A stretch of DNA of 64,000 nucleotides from a virus. Where the stretch lies: positions 1 through 64,000 of IMG/VR virus record IMGVR_UViG_3300010370_000028. One strand, 5' to 3'. The position numbers and the translations under genes were made by a program. The notes below the pieces were generated by a model. It was given only the letters and a program-made list of their open reading frames with translations. It had not been told where the DNA came from and made no database searches. Positions 8,744 to 17,672 of the stretch are shown here, piece after piece (positions within the stretch are counted from its first letter, which is position 1; each line of letters opens with the position of its first letter).

Positions 8744-9064
8744 GTTAGTTACAAATAATAAAGTTACAAATAAACAACCCCCAAATAAATGCGCGGACTA
8801 TTAATTATTCTGTTGTGGATTTTATCGTTCTTTTTGTTTTCATGGACTATGGATATCGTCATGGCTCCAGATAAAATGCATTGGCTACAAAAAATGATTT
8901 CTTTTTATGGGTTCTACTTAATTGGTAAACTTAGGGATTTTTAATGATTTTTAATTCTTTTCACTGATTCTCATTTAATCTCACGATTTTATTTGTTTTT
9001 TCAGCCCCGAATTTTTTTCATAAAAAAGTGTTGACTCACGTTCTGATTATTGTATAATGCCCCC

Positions 9065-9307
9065 ATGCAAAAGCAAACAAAACAAAGAGGCAGACCCAAG
9101 GGTAGTAATTCATTCGTAAAGCTGAAGCTTTCTGATTTGATTTCTATCGTTGGTGCTGATGGTATCGTGCCTGTATCTAAAATATGGTTGCGCGAAAAAA
9201 ATATTGACATCGTGGAGAATGTGTCTAAAATCAGACTCGCCGCCGCAGAAGAACCTGTAGCGCCAGAGGAAAAGATTGAATTCGCAATCACCTCGTTTGA
9301 AGACTAA
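9065..9307 (+). CDS. AT-hook-like small DNA-binding protein
   Basis: QRGRPKGS motif; leaderless promoter TTGACT...TATAAT-gccccc-ATG. Confidence 0.65.
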   Translation: MQKQTKQRGRPKGSNSFVKLKLSDLISIVGADGIVPVSKIWLREKNIDIVENVSKIRLAAAEEPVAPEEKIEFAITSFED

Positions 9308-9327
9308 TCCCTAACACACAAAACAAA

Positions 9328-10227
9328 ATGTTTGACTCCCTCATCGGTCAAGACCACATTAAAAAGCAACTCCAGTTCTATGCTGAGTCCCACAAGGCAA
9401 CTGGAACCAGTCCCTTCCTTATGTTCAATGGAGCAAAGGGTTTGGGAAAGACAGAATTCGCAAAGCAGTATGCCAAGCAACTAAAGAAACCATTGCTTGA
9501 GATCAACTGCTCTACTATTAAGAACAACCAGCAGTTCTTCGAACAAATCTTCATGCCTGTTATCATGGATAACGAATTGACGATTTTGTTTGATGAGGCT
9601 CACGCATTGCCCAAGGATCTTGTCATGGCATTCCTTACGGTGTTCAATGTTGAAAGCGCAAAATCAAAACGCTTTGAGTGGCGGGAGAATACATTCGAAT
9701 TCAACTTCGAAAAGCAAACTTATATTTTTGCGACTACTGAGTTGGATAAACTATTCCCTCCGTTTAAGGATCGTCTTACCATAATTGACTTCAAACCATA
9801 TGAAGCAAATGAGTTGGGTAGCATCCTCAAGGGTCGTTTGGATTGGGTCGAATTCAAGGATAACATTGTAGACGACATCTCCAGAACTCTTCGCGGCAAT
9901 GCTCGCAGTGCAGTTAAACGCGCAAAAGAAATTGAGATGTACTGTGAAAGCAGAAACACCAAGAACTTCGGCGCAAAACAATGGAATGAATTGTGTGATC
10001 TAGTTGGTATCAAGGCTTATGGTCTTACCAATACTGAGATTGAGATCCTGCACACTCTCAAGACTCGTGGTGATTGCACCTTGGGAATGTTGAGTGCGGC
10101 AACTGGTTTGTCAAGAACTGCTATTCAACGAGACGCAGAAACTTATTTGCTTCGTAAAGCCCTTATCAAAATCGAGGGTACAAGAAAGATTACGCCAGAG
10201 GGGACGAAAGTGCTGGCGTGTGTGTGA
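9328..10227 (+). CDS. ruvB: Holliday junction branch migration helicase RuvB-like
   Basis: IGQDHIK, G.KGLGKT Walker A, LFDEAH Walker B, ATT sensor 1, P..DR finger, RG.AR.A sensor 2, C-terminal wHTH (E.YLL...LI....R.IT..G). Confidence 0.85.
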   Translation: MFDSLIGQDHIKKQLQFYAESHKATGTSPFLMFNGAKGLGKTEFAKQYAKQLKKPLLEINCSTIKNNQQFFEQIFMPVIMDNELTILFDEAHALPKDLVMAFLTVFNVESAKSKRFEWRENTFEFNFEKQTYIFATTELDKLFPPFKDRLTIIDFKPYEANELGSILKGRLDWVEFKDNIVDDISRTLRGNARSAVKRAKEIEMYCESRNTKNFGAKQWNELCDLVGIKAYGLTNTEIEILHTLKTRGDCTLGMLSAATGLSRTAIQRDAETYLLRKALIKIEGTRKITPEGTKVLACV

Positions 10228-10236
10228 TGGGGAAAA

Positions 10237-10271
10237 GGGGAGGGGGAATTTTTTCCTCCTCCCCAACTTTT
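10237..10271 (+). terminator. putative intrinsic terminator after ruvB
   Basis: GGGGAGGGGGAA/TTCCTCCTCCCC stem followed by a short T run. Confidence 0.5.
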
Positions 10272-10311
10272 CTGTTGACAATATCGGCTCACACTTATAC
10301 TCTTTCCCCAC

Positions 10312-10911
10312 ATGATTACTCCAACCTCAATCACAAACTACAACCGCACTGAAGCAGAGTTAGAAGAATTCCTTCTGTTCTCTATTATGGTGGCGGGTAA
10401 GAACTCACAACAAACTGCAAAGAAGTTAGACTCCTTTCTTTTTGCAACAATGGGTCTTATTTCACCTCTAGACTGGATTAATAATTTGGTCAAGATAAAA
10501 GAAAATAAGATTTCCTCCACAGATCCTTTAATGACCTGTATGAAGAACCATAAGCTGGGGCAATATAATAGATTGTTTTCTGCTTTTACTGGTATTCTCC
10601 AATTCAAGGGTAGACTGAGTTCTATGACAGTACAAGAACTTGAATCTGTAAAAGGTATTGGGCCTAAGACCGCACGATTCTTTTTGTTACATTCGCGCCC
10701 CAATCAAGAGATTGCGGTACTCGATACTCACATCCTTCATTGGATGCGTGACAATGGTATACAAGCACCAAAGACTACACCGTCTGGTGAAAAATATTTG
10801 AAGTTTGAGAAAATGTTTATTGACATTGCCAAGAAAAATGGTATCTCTATTGCAGATCTCGACCTTCGAATCTGGACAGCATATTCCTCCAAGAAAAAAA
10901 CACTAGCATGA
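10312..10911 (+). CDS. HhH-GPD DNA glycosylase, Ogg (8-oxoguanine)-like
   Basis: VKGIGPKTARFFL HhH with catalytic-position Lys and AVLDTHIL Asp motif; own TTGACA...TACTCT promoter. Confidence 0.75.
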   Translation: MITPTSITNYNRTEAELEEFLLFSIMVAGKNSQQTAKKLDSFLFATMGLISPLDWINNLVKIKENKISSTDPLMTCMKNHKLGQYNRLFSAFTGILQFKGRLSSMTVQELESVKGIGPKTARFFLLHSRPNQEIAVLDTHILHWMRDNGIQAPKTTPSGEKYLKFEKMFIDIAKKNGISIADLDLRIWTAYSSKKKTLA

Positions 10912-11318
10912 ATCCCCTACAATACATCATATCAACAAACGGTCTTGGCATCGCAATCGGCATCTGCGGTGACAAGCAACTCGCACTACAAGATGCCACA
11001 CTAGCCGAAAATATCTATGGATCAAATCACAACGACTCTTTGTTTAACCATTTGCTTTATATGCCTAGCGTTGAGGCGTTTAGAAAATTCCTAATCGTAA
11101 AAGAATATTTCTGTGTTTGGGATGAACACTTTGCCCGAAACAAGGGTACTGGTAGTCGTGCCAAAGGTAATGTCATGCAATTCACTCGCCGCGCAATTAA
11201 ACGCGCAAAACTAATCATGGAATCTCAAGTCACCTATGAGAACTTCATGCAAAAAATCAGCAACCGTAATCAAGAATACATGCTTGGTGGATACCAAGAC
11301 GAACAAGAAGAAGAATAA
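10908..11318 (+). CDS. hypothetical protein
   Basis: ORF overlapping previous stop. Confidence 0.7.
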   Translation: MNPLQYIISTNGLGIAIGICGDKQLALQDATLAENIYGSNHNDSLFNHLLYMPSVEAFRKFLIVKEYFCVWDEHFARNKGTGSRAKGNVMQFTRRAIKRAKLIMESQVTYENFMQKISNRNQEYMLGGYQDEQEEE

Positions 11319-11319
11319 T

Positions 11320-11538
11320 ATGAAAGAATATATTAAACAACTTGCCCCAAAATTCGAAGACATGGAATCCGTTGTTGATTCTTGTTGCCACGAGTTAATT
11401 CACGAAATTAATGTTGCTTATGAAAAACTTGGCAAAGATAATCTTTGGGAGTTGACAGATAAGTTCCTAGAGTTTCAACGTCTCCTTCATATACAACTCA
11501 AAGAGATCTGTCCAGATTATAACTTTCGGAACTTCTAA
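11320..11538 (+). CDS. hypothetical protein
   Basis: start reassigned to ATG 11320 (MKEYIK). Confidence 0.65.
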   Translation: MKEYIKQLAPKFEDMESVVDSCCHELIHEINVAYEKLGKDNLWELTDKFLEFQRLLHIQLKEICPDYNFRNF

Positions 11539-11546
11539 TAATAATT

Positions 11547-11621
11547 GGGTCGTTAGTTAAATGGATATAACAAGAAACTTCTAATTTTTAGTTGATGGTT
11601 CGATTCCATCACGACCTACCA
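11547..11621 (+). tRNA. tRNA-Arg(TCT)
   Basis: acceptor GGGTCGT/ACGACCT, anticodon loop CTTCTAA, T arm GATGG-TTCGATT-CCATC, encoded CCA. Confidence 0.9.
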
Positions 11622-11646
11622 CTCTAATAAATAATAAATAAATAAC

Positions 11647-11898
11647 ATGTTTACATTCCTTAATCCAAAAAGACGAGTCGTAGTTGAGCATAATATCATG
11701 TCTAACATTGATGGTGAGAAATTTGATCCTATAGTGATTGATGGTAATCATTGGGGCGCAGATTTTGATCTTTACAATGGTGATACTTTGATCCATGATG
11801 ATGGTGAGTATGCTGGAATCCCAGTTACCTTCCACCAAACTTTCCTAGAAACACGCTTGACAGACGAGCAATTACTCCGTAAATATAAAAACCAATGA
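11647..11898 (+). CDS. hypothetical protein
   Basis: ORF. Confidence 0.7.
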   Translation: MFTFLNPKRRVVVEHNIMSNIDGEKFDPIVIDGNHWGADFDLYNGDTLIHDDGEYAGIPVTFHQTFLETRLTDEQLLRKYKNQ

Positions 11899-12131
11899 AA
11901 CTAATCGTTACAGAAGAAGACCTCATCCTTGATACCGAACAAGGAACTTATACAATGAAACGCGCCCATGAAGAAGATGAGTGGCATGCGATAACTGAAT
12001 TTGTTGATTTAAACTTTTACTATGAATCGTATGACGATAGATACCATGCCGCAATCTATCTTGTTCTCGATGGACAAACCCAAACAGATACAGCATGTGA
12101 AATCGAAGTAGAATATGCTTGCCTCAAATAA
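11895..12131 (+). CDS. hypothetical acidic protein
   Basis: ORF overlapping previous stop. Confidence 0.7.
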   Translation: MKLIVTEEDLILDTEQGTYTMKRAHEEDEWHAITEFVDLNFYYESYDDRYHAAIYLVLDGQTQTDTACEIEVEYACLK

Positions 12132-12132
12132 C

Positions 12133-12294
12133 ATGCTAGTACAACTGATGTCAAATGAAGATCTCATTAAGGAATACGAACTCCTTAATAACTTAATATA
12201 CGAACTTCAATCATACAACTACTCTCACATGCTACGAATACAAGAAGTAGCTAATGAAATAGAACACAGAGGACTAGAAATATACCAATACTAA
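12133..12294 (+). CDS. hypothetical protein
   Basis: 53-aa ORF directly after the previous stop. Confidence 0.55.
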   Translation: MLVQLMSNEDLIKEYELLNNLIYELQSYNYSHMLRIQEVANEIEHRGLEIYQY

Positions 12295-12463
12295 ATATGG
12301 AAGACAAGAAAGTAAATACAGGGTTTTGGATATTAGTCTACTGTGTAATATATGTTCTTATAGAAATGGCAAAAAAATAATGACCAAATAATAAAACGCC
12401 AAATAACAAATTAGCAAATAATAATAAGCTTAATAATAACTATTAGGCATATAGAGGGTGTCG

Positions 12464-12510
12464 AAACTTATGTTGCGGCGACCCCTACGGGGTCCAATCG
12501 CTGTAAGTTT
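12464..12510 (-). repeat. 47-bp hairpin element copy 1 (inverted relative to copies 2-11)
   Basis: AAACTTA-tgttgcggc-GACCCC-TAC-GGGGTC-caatcgctg-TAAGTTT. Confidence 0.95.
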
Positions 12511-12517
12511 TTGGACC

Positions 12518-12712
12518 TTATTTGATTTCGTAGCGGTCAACAACCTCAAGCGTCTCTGCATCGAGATGGACAACCATTCCATGCCTACCCTTTACAAGTG
12601 CGCGTTCTTCCGTTTGCTTGTCGATGTTTGTTTCCTTCCAGCTTGGGGGTAGTCCTTTCGAGTGAACGATGATGTAGGACTTATTAAGGAATTCCATTTT
12701 GTATGCTCTCAT
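12518..12712 (-). CDS. hypothetical protein
   Basis: ORF ending 7 nt from repeat copy 1. Confidence 0.7.
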   Translation of the reverse strand: MRAYKMEFLNKSYIIVHSKGLPPSWKETNIDKQTEERALVKGRHGMVVHLDAETLEVVDRYEIK

Positions 12713-12713
12713 A

Positions 12714-13082
12714 TTATTTTTGTGCTAGGATTTGTCTGCCAACGATGACAGCGTATTTTGCTTTGTCAATTGTTTCTTTTGAAACGGTTTCATAGAACTT
12801 TCCGATTTCTAGATACGGGTTGTAAGAAACCAAGACTCTTGGTTGAATCTTTGAGCCTGTCAGTAAGACAAGATCACCCTCTACAAACGCATGAACATTT
12901 TTCTTTCTTTCGCGCAGGACTCTTTGACGACCCGCTTCTGAAACTTTGAAGGTGACATTCTCAAGAGTGACCTTGCTGGCATGAAGCCAAACACGCCAGC
13001 CCTTTGGAGTCTTTTCTTGGACGGAGAGTTGTTTTCTATGTAGGTTAAAGTAAACCCTAACTTTTTTGTTGGTCGGTTGCAT
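12714..13082 (-). CDS. conserved phage hypothetical protein
   Basis: VYFNLH...F.VS.AGRQRVLRE.KKNVHAFV.G...YNPY pattern; TTGACA-N17-TAAACT promoter at about 13166-13194. Confidence 0.8.
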   Translation of the reverse strand: MQPTNKKVRVYFNLHRKQLSVQEKTPKGWRVWLHASKVTLENVTFKVSEAGRQRVLRERKKNVHAFVEGDLVLLTGSKIQPRVLVSYNPYLEIGKFYETVSKETIDKAKYAVIVGRQILAQK

Positions 13083-13222
13083 GATGTGAGTGGTGTTGAG
13101 GTTGCCGCTCTTGTCGGGCGAGCGGCGAGCCGTCTGTCGATATTCTTTGTACTTTTACTTGGGAAGAGTTTATCCCAATCATCCGATATGTCAAATTTTT
13201 TTTTGTTATTTTTTTGAATTAA

Positions 13223-13269
13223 AAACTTATACCCAGCGGACCCCGAAGGGGTCGCGGCGATGTAAGTTT
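13223..13269 (+). repeat. 47-bp hairpin element copy 2
   Basis: AAACTTA-tacccagcg-GACCCC-GAA-GGGGTC-gcggcgatg-TAAGTTT. Confidence 0.95.
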
Positions 13270-13305
13270 TGGTCACGAAATTTGTTTCATTACCAAACGC
13301 CTATA

Positions 13306-13509
13306 TCACCACAAATTATTTTCGTCAATCAGTTGTTCCGTTCTGTCTACAAATTCTTGAATCAAACCCATCGGGATTTCAAACCTTGGACAAACATAGC
13401 CATCAAAAACGAGATGCAATGCCACATCGACAATTTTCTTTTCTTCGATTGTCGCGTGGACTAGGTAAAGTCCGTATTCAGTTTCGAGGGTAGTGCGAAA
13501 GATGTTCAT
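13306..13509 (-). CDS. hypothetical protein
   Basis: start reassigned to MNIFRTT, after a TTGACA...TAGCTT promoter. Confidence 0.6.
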   Translation of the reverse strand: MNIFRTTLETEYGLYLVHATIEEKKIVDVALHLVFDGYVCPRFEIPMGLIQEFVDRTEQLIDENNLW

Positions 13510-13567
13510 CGACTTCGACAAGCTAACAGAAAGAATGCGATTGTCAAGAGTAAAAAGATTTCCATGT

Positions 13568-14266
13568 TCATGCGGGTTCAAGAACAAAGCCCGTTTCGTC
13601 TTTCTTGGCAAGACCTTTTTCTTTGAGGCCGACAATTTTTCCCTTGCCATCGAGAAAGCGGAGGTCGGTTTCATCACCGTCAATGACTGCATGACCATAG
13701 TATTCATTCGGCAAAGACTTGCGGAAAACCATTGCGACATTGCCACCCGAACGGAGAAAGGCAAGAGCGATTGCGCCATTGGTTTCGGAGCGTGAAAAGG
13801 TTAAGTGATAGTTGCTTGGCATCTCACCATTGACAAAACTAGTCATGCGCTCCGCGCTTTTCGTGTAGTCGTAGAATTGCACACTTGGAAAAGCGGTGAA
13901 AACATTTTGCCCGTTGAATTTGATTTTTTCCCAAGGCAGGTCGCTTGTGAGATTCAAGCGAAAGCAAGGTGTCATGCCCTTCTTGGTTGCGGACTTCATC
14001 GACTTGGCAATTTCTTTCCAAAGATTGGCTAGGAATGCTTGCTTGTCATGGAAGAACAAAAGTGTTTTTGCGATTCGTGCGCGTTGAACGGACGACATTG
14101 CGCCACGCCCAGCGGTATTAAGGCAAGCGGCAGCGCAACCCTTGCTTGCGTCTTTGCAAACATTAAAGCCCGAAAGGTTAGCGGGTGCAAGGTGCAAGCC
14201 ATAGGTGATGAAACCTTTTTTCTCCCCCTTGCGTGTTTTGGCGTTTCCTGTGTTGAGTAGTGACAT
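13568..14266 (-). CDS. GP88 (gene product 88) family protein
   Basis: C..AS.GC...CLNTAGRG, RLN.TSD..WE, QFYDYTK, NYHLTFSRSE, DGDE.DLRFLD and VGLK.KG motifs; leaderless promoter. Confidence 0.8.
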   Translation of the reverse strand: MSLLNTGNAKTRKGEKKGFITYGLHLAPANLSGFNVCKDASKGCAAACLNTAGRGAMSSVQRARIAKTLLFFHDKQAFLANLWKEIAKSMKSATKKGMTPCFRLNLTSDLPWEKIKFNGQNVFTAFPSVQFYDYTKSAERMTSFVNGEMPSNYHLTFSRSETNGAIALAFLRSGGNVAMVFRKSLPNEYYGHAVIDGDETDLRFLDGKGKIVGLKEKGLAKKDETGFVLEPA

Positions 14267-14399
14267 GGGCAAAGTGTATCATCTCAGGGGAGCATGGCAA
14301 GAGATTTTTTGCAGATTTTTTTGCTTGACAGTTGCAATTTATAAAGTGGCAAATACGTATTTCGTAAATATACTTCAGCCATAACCCATTAAGCCTCAA

Positions 14400-14446
14400 A
14401 AACTTACACCCATCGGACCCCGAAGGGGTCGCCGCCATGTAAGTTT
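14400..14446 (+). repeat. 47-bp hairpin element copy 3
   Basis: AAACTTA-cacccatcg-GACCCC-GAA-GGGGTC-gccgccatg-TAAGTTT. Confidence 0.95.
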
Positions 14447-14455
14447 TTTGTAGAC

Positions 14456-14487
14456 AAAAAGAAACCCCCGCCCTTTCGGGCGAGGGT
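14456..14487 (-). terminator. putative terminator of the DUF932 gene
   Basis: CGCCC-TTTC-GGGCG hairpin with an A tract on its left (T tract on minus). Confidence 0.55.
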
Positions 14488-14501
14488 CGTTTGCTTTGCG
14501 C

Positions 14502-15305
14502 TTACGCTCCAACGACAACGAGAGGTTCCATTTCGTCTTCAACCTCGACAGCATCGGCGAGGTCAATTTCCGCTTTGATCGTCGGGCTATGTCCCGCGAT
14601 GCGGTCGAAAACAGATTGAGCGGTCATCGTGCGAAACGGCAACTTGGACAGATCACCGCCCTTGAGGTTTTCGGTGATGGAGTTGTAAAGCGTCCACAAA
14701 GTGCCGCCCTTGAACTCGTCGTGGCGAGGGTTGCGGAACTCTTGAACAGCGGCGTAAATGTCACGCGATGGAAACGCTTTCGCGTCTACAAGGTCGATGA
14801 GCAAGTCAGCGGCACGATCACGCGAGATTTCGGTCTGCTTGTAAAGCTCGATGCGCTTGCCCATATCATTCCAGTGCGAGACAACGCGAGCGACTGCATC
14901 GGAAAGAACGCGAGGCAAGTCAGCGAGGATGTTCGTGGTGTGACGACGAGCGAGCTTGATGTCGGACGAGAAGCAAAGATTCTCGCAAACCATCATGCGA
15001 TTACCCACGCAAATGCTCGCGGCAAAGGACTTGTCATGAGCGTTGCGGAGTCCAAGCACGATTTGACGATCCGCGCCAGTAATGTCCGCGCCCTTGAGAG
15101 CAAACCCGCCAAAGTAGCGTTGACCGCCACGCGCAAGCGAATGTTCTTCAAGCGAAACGCCAAGCCCTGCACGATTGATTGCCTCACGAGTCATTTCGAC
15201 AAGCGAGAAATGCGGGATGGGTTGGAAGCGGTCGGACGCTTCGGGAGTCTCAACGCCCATGAGTTGTTCGGCGTTCACTTTGTTTTTTGCGATGATCAAT
15301 GACAT
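14502..15305 (-). CDS. DUF932 domain protein
   Basis: PIPH, LGLRNAHDKS, G.R..VC.N, RRHT and TLW.LYN..TE motifs. Confidence 0.8.
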   Translation of the reverse strand: MSLIIAKNKVNAEQLMGVETPEASDRFQPIPHFSLVEMTREAINRAGLGVSLEEHSLARGGQRYFGGFALKGADITGADRQIVLGLRNAHDKSFAASICVGNRMMVCENLCFSSDIKLARRHTTNILADLPRVLSDAVARVVSHWNDMGKRIELYKQTEISRDRAADLLIDLVDAKAFPSRDIYAAVQEFRNPRHDEFKGGTLWTLYNSITENLKGGDLSKLPFRTMTAQSVFDRIAGHSPTIKAEIDLADAVEVEDEMEPLVVVGA

Positions 15306-15457
15306 ATTGTTTTTTTTTCTATTGGTTGGAGTTGTTGCGCCGTCAGTGGCGACAAAGGAAAGATAGCAAAAACCGCGAACTTGTCCACACTTTTTTGATT
15401 ATTTTTGTGCTTTTTATTTTCGAGCCAGGTGACATTTCGTAAGTGATTGAGGATCAA

Positions 15458-15504
15458 AAACTTACACCACCAAGACCCCTTCGGGGTCGCCGCCATGTAA
15501 GTTT
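15458..15504 (+). repeat. 47-bp hairpin element copy 4
   Basis: AAACTTA-caccaccaa-GACCCC-TTC-GGGGTC-gccgccatg-TAAGTTT. Confidence 0.95.
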
Positions 15505-15555
15505 TCTAGCCATAAGTTAGGAAGGGATCGCATTTTGCGACCCCTTCCCGTTATG

Positions 15556-15837
15556 TCAACACGCTACCCTTGCGAAACTTCTGATTGGATGATCGCCATT
15601 CACTTGATGTAGAAAGTCGATTGTCGGTGAGCCGCCGAATTTGTTTTGGTAGGCTTTAAGAAATGCCCCCAAGTCGCAGTCTTCTTCAAGGTAGAAGTTG
15701 TCTGCATCTTGGTAGCTGTATCGACTCAACTTAACTCCAAGGGCTTCGACTTCTTTCTTGGGGACTTCAAGCCATCCATGTCCAGAGTCGGTGTGGAGTT
15801 TAAGAACTAGTTTTTGGGGTGTGGTTGTTGCGGTCAT
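15556..15837 (-). CDS. conserved phage hypothetical protein
   Basis: D.GHGWL.V...S.YSY...YLEEDCD motif; hairpin at about 15520-15549 downstream. Confidence 0.8.
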   Translation of the reverse strand: MTATTTPQKLVLKLHTDSGHGWLEVPKKEVEALGVKLSRYSYQDADNFYLEEDCDLGAFLKAYQNKFGGSPTIDFLHQVNGDHPIRSFARVAC

Positions 15838-15988
15838 GCTGTTATTACTTCGTGGGAGAGAGGTTGGATCATTTTGATGAGGAAGTCAATTACTTTTTTC
15901 GGTTGCTCATTAAGAAGAGGATGAGAGCCATGCCGATTATCCATGCGATATTCAATGTGTCCATTGTGGATGATAAAAACAAGATGTT

Positions 15989-16297
15989 TCATTTTGTGTA
16001 TTTAGTTGTAAACGCTACGATGTCTTCGGCAAGATTGTTGATCAATTCTTCAACAAAGGCAAGACCATTTCCTTCGTCCATTGGATGCAGGTCGATTTTA
16101 GTCATTGGTTGCCAGACATCAATCATTTCTTGATCTTCCTGCCTAGCTTCTTCGCTGTCTTCATCAGCAAGCAAAGCAAGAGCAAGCCTTTCAGCATTCC
16201 AATCTTGAGGCCACTTGGAAAGGAAGTGACCAGCGGCAAGGAGGTATGCATCATTGTGCATGGGGATTCGTGTGTCGAGTGGGGCGTATTCGTTCAT
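15989..16297 (-). CDS. acidic hypothetical protein
   Basis: ORF in the minus-strand run. Confidence 0.7.
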   Translation of the reverse strand: MNEYAPLDTRIPMHNDAYLLAAGHFLSKWPQDWNAERLALALLADEDSEEARQEDQEMIDVWQPMTKIDLHPMDEGNGLAFVEELINNLAEDIVAFTTKYTK

Positions 16298-16306
16298 GGG
16301 GAAAGG

Positions 16307-16471
16307 TTAGTTGTCTTGGTTGTGTTCGTCAAGAATTTCTTGCAATGCTTTTTCTAGTTCTTGAGCCATTTCGCTATCATTGCCAGAGGATTCGTATGCG
16401 TATTCGATTGCTTGTTCAGCAACGCATTTGAGTTGGTCAATTGTGTTTAGTAGTTTTTCGATTGTGGTCAT
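16307..16471 (-). CDS. small acidic helical protein
   Basis: 54-aa ORF MTTIEKLLNTIDQL...; below the track cutoff. Confidence 0.6.
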   Translation of the reverse strand: MTTIEKLLNTIDQLKCVAEQAIEYAYESSGNDSEMAQELEKALQEILDEHNQDN

Positions 16472-16482
16472 GTGTTTGGGGG

Positions 16483-16824
16483 TTAGTTTGTTGGGATGAA
16501 TCTACGAGCAGGAATGCAAAGTGTCAAGCACCATTTTTTCCAATTCTCACCATGAAAGTCATTGCGGCCATTCTTTTTGTATGTGCCAAAGAGATTGATT
16601 CTTTCGGTTATGTCAAGAGCGTGTGCAAGCTCATGCAGGAAAACTTCTTGGAAGAGAGAGAACCTCGAAAGGATTTGGCGCGAGAGTTCTATCTTCTTTG
16701 ATTGAACGCGATAGCAACCCAATCTTTTTTTTGTGTTTGTCCATTCAACAGGCATTGATTCCAATTTGTATTGGCGCAATGTCAAGCGAATGTATTGTTC
16801 GGCTTCTTGTTTTGTGACTTGCAT
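16483..16824 (-). CDS. SprT-like zinc metalloprotease
   Basis: RLG.Y...IELS, LHELAHA and HG..WK motifs. Confidence 0.8.
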   Translation of the reverse strand: MQVTKQEAEQYIRLTLRQYKLESMPVEWTNTKKRLGCYRVQSKKIELSRQILSRFSLFQEVFLHELAHALDITERINLFGTYKKNGRNDFHGENWKKWCLTLCIPARRFIPTN

Positions 16825-16882
16825 AGTGACAGGGACAAAGTATCCAAAAACAAAGCATTGTCAAGAGATTTTTTAACCATTA

Positions 16883-16929
16883 AAACTTATGTCTTGCGGA
16901 CCCCGTAGGGGTCGCGGTGCTGTAAGTTT
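16883..16929 (+). repeat. 47-bp hairpin element copy 5
   Basis: AAACTTA-tgtcttgcg-GACCCC-GTA-GGGGTC-gcggtgctg-TAAGTTT. Confidence 0.95.
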
Positions 16930-16946
16930 TGCACCACGACTATTTT

Positions 16947-17432
16947 TTAGGTGTCAGCAGGAATTTCTTCGTCTTGGTCGTATTCGACAAAGTTAAAGTT
17001 TTCTTTTGCAAACTCCAAGACATCTTCGGCATCAACACCACGATCATCAACTTCACCTTTGGAGATGATAGCAGTCCCAGCGAACCAGCAACCGCTCTCA
17101 AAGTAGTCAAGCGTGAACTCGTCATGCGGAAACATTTCAGACAAGGCGGCGATGATTTCAATCGGTGGACTCCAAGCAGTCATGAATTGAGCTTGAAAGT
17201 CGGAATCTTCAGAGATGAGTTGATCGGCAACATCGCGTTGCTCTTCTTCACTCAAGTCCCATTTCGTTCCCCAGTTCTCAAGTCTCCATTGATACCATCC
17301 GCCGTTTTCACCAAGCAATTCTGGAGGTGTGGGTTTGATCTTCTCGAAAGAAAGACCATTTTCTTTTAGGTAGTTCTCCAATTCTGGAGAGCAGTCGGCA
17401 ATGTTTAGGATATTTTCGCACCAATTTGGCAT
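16947..17432 (-). CDS. YubB/Api92-like (DUF1281-related) ferredoxin-like fold protein
   Basis: MPNWC.N, WY.WR..NWGTKWD, F.TAWSPP and Y.E.G..FAG motifs. Confidence 0.75.
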   Translation of the reverse strand: MPNWCENILNIADCSPELENYLKENGLSFEKIKPTPPELLGENGGWYQWRLENWGTKWDLSEEEQRDVADQLISEDSDFQAQFMTAWSPPIEIIAALSEMFPHDEFTLDYFESGCWFAGTAIISKGEVDDRGVDAEDVLEFAKENFNFVEYDQDEEIPADT

Positions 17433-17470
17433 ATCAGTAGTGTATGTTAGTTTTTTATTAGTGTTTGGTT

Positions 17471-17641
17471 TTACATACAAGAAACAAATTCTTGATCGAC
17501 CTCGAAACTTCCTTCAAGATAGTCTCCATCTTTTGGAAGCGGCAAGTCTTCTGCAAGTTCGATTGCTTCTTGTAATGAATCGGCTTCAATTTCGTGTTGG
17601 CCAATCATAGACCAAACAACAGGGATTTTGTATTTAGGCAT
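17471..17641 (-). CDS. hypothetical protein
   Basis: start reassigned to MPKYKIPV; IEA.SL.EA pattern; leaderless promoter. Confidence 0.7.
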   Translation of the reverse strand: MPKYKIPVVWSMIGQHEIEADSLQEAIELAEDLPLPKDGDYLEGSFEVDQEFVSCM

Positions 17642-17672
17642 GGCAGTAGTGTGGGTTAGTTGTTGGGGTTTG

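Noticed and set aside
14496-15302. 268-aa plus-strand ORF and other antisense ORFs in 12.4-24.3 kb
   Set aside because: Shadow frames of well-supported minus-strand genes in GC-richer DNA
12881-15496. Track ORFs containing the peptide AATPSGS/AATPKGS (12881-13276, 14178-14438, 15296-15496)
   Set aside because: They are translations of the 47-bp element and promoter DNA, not a protein family
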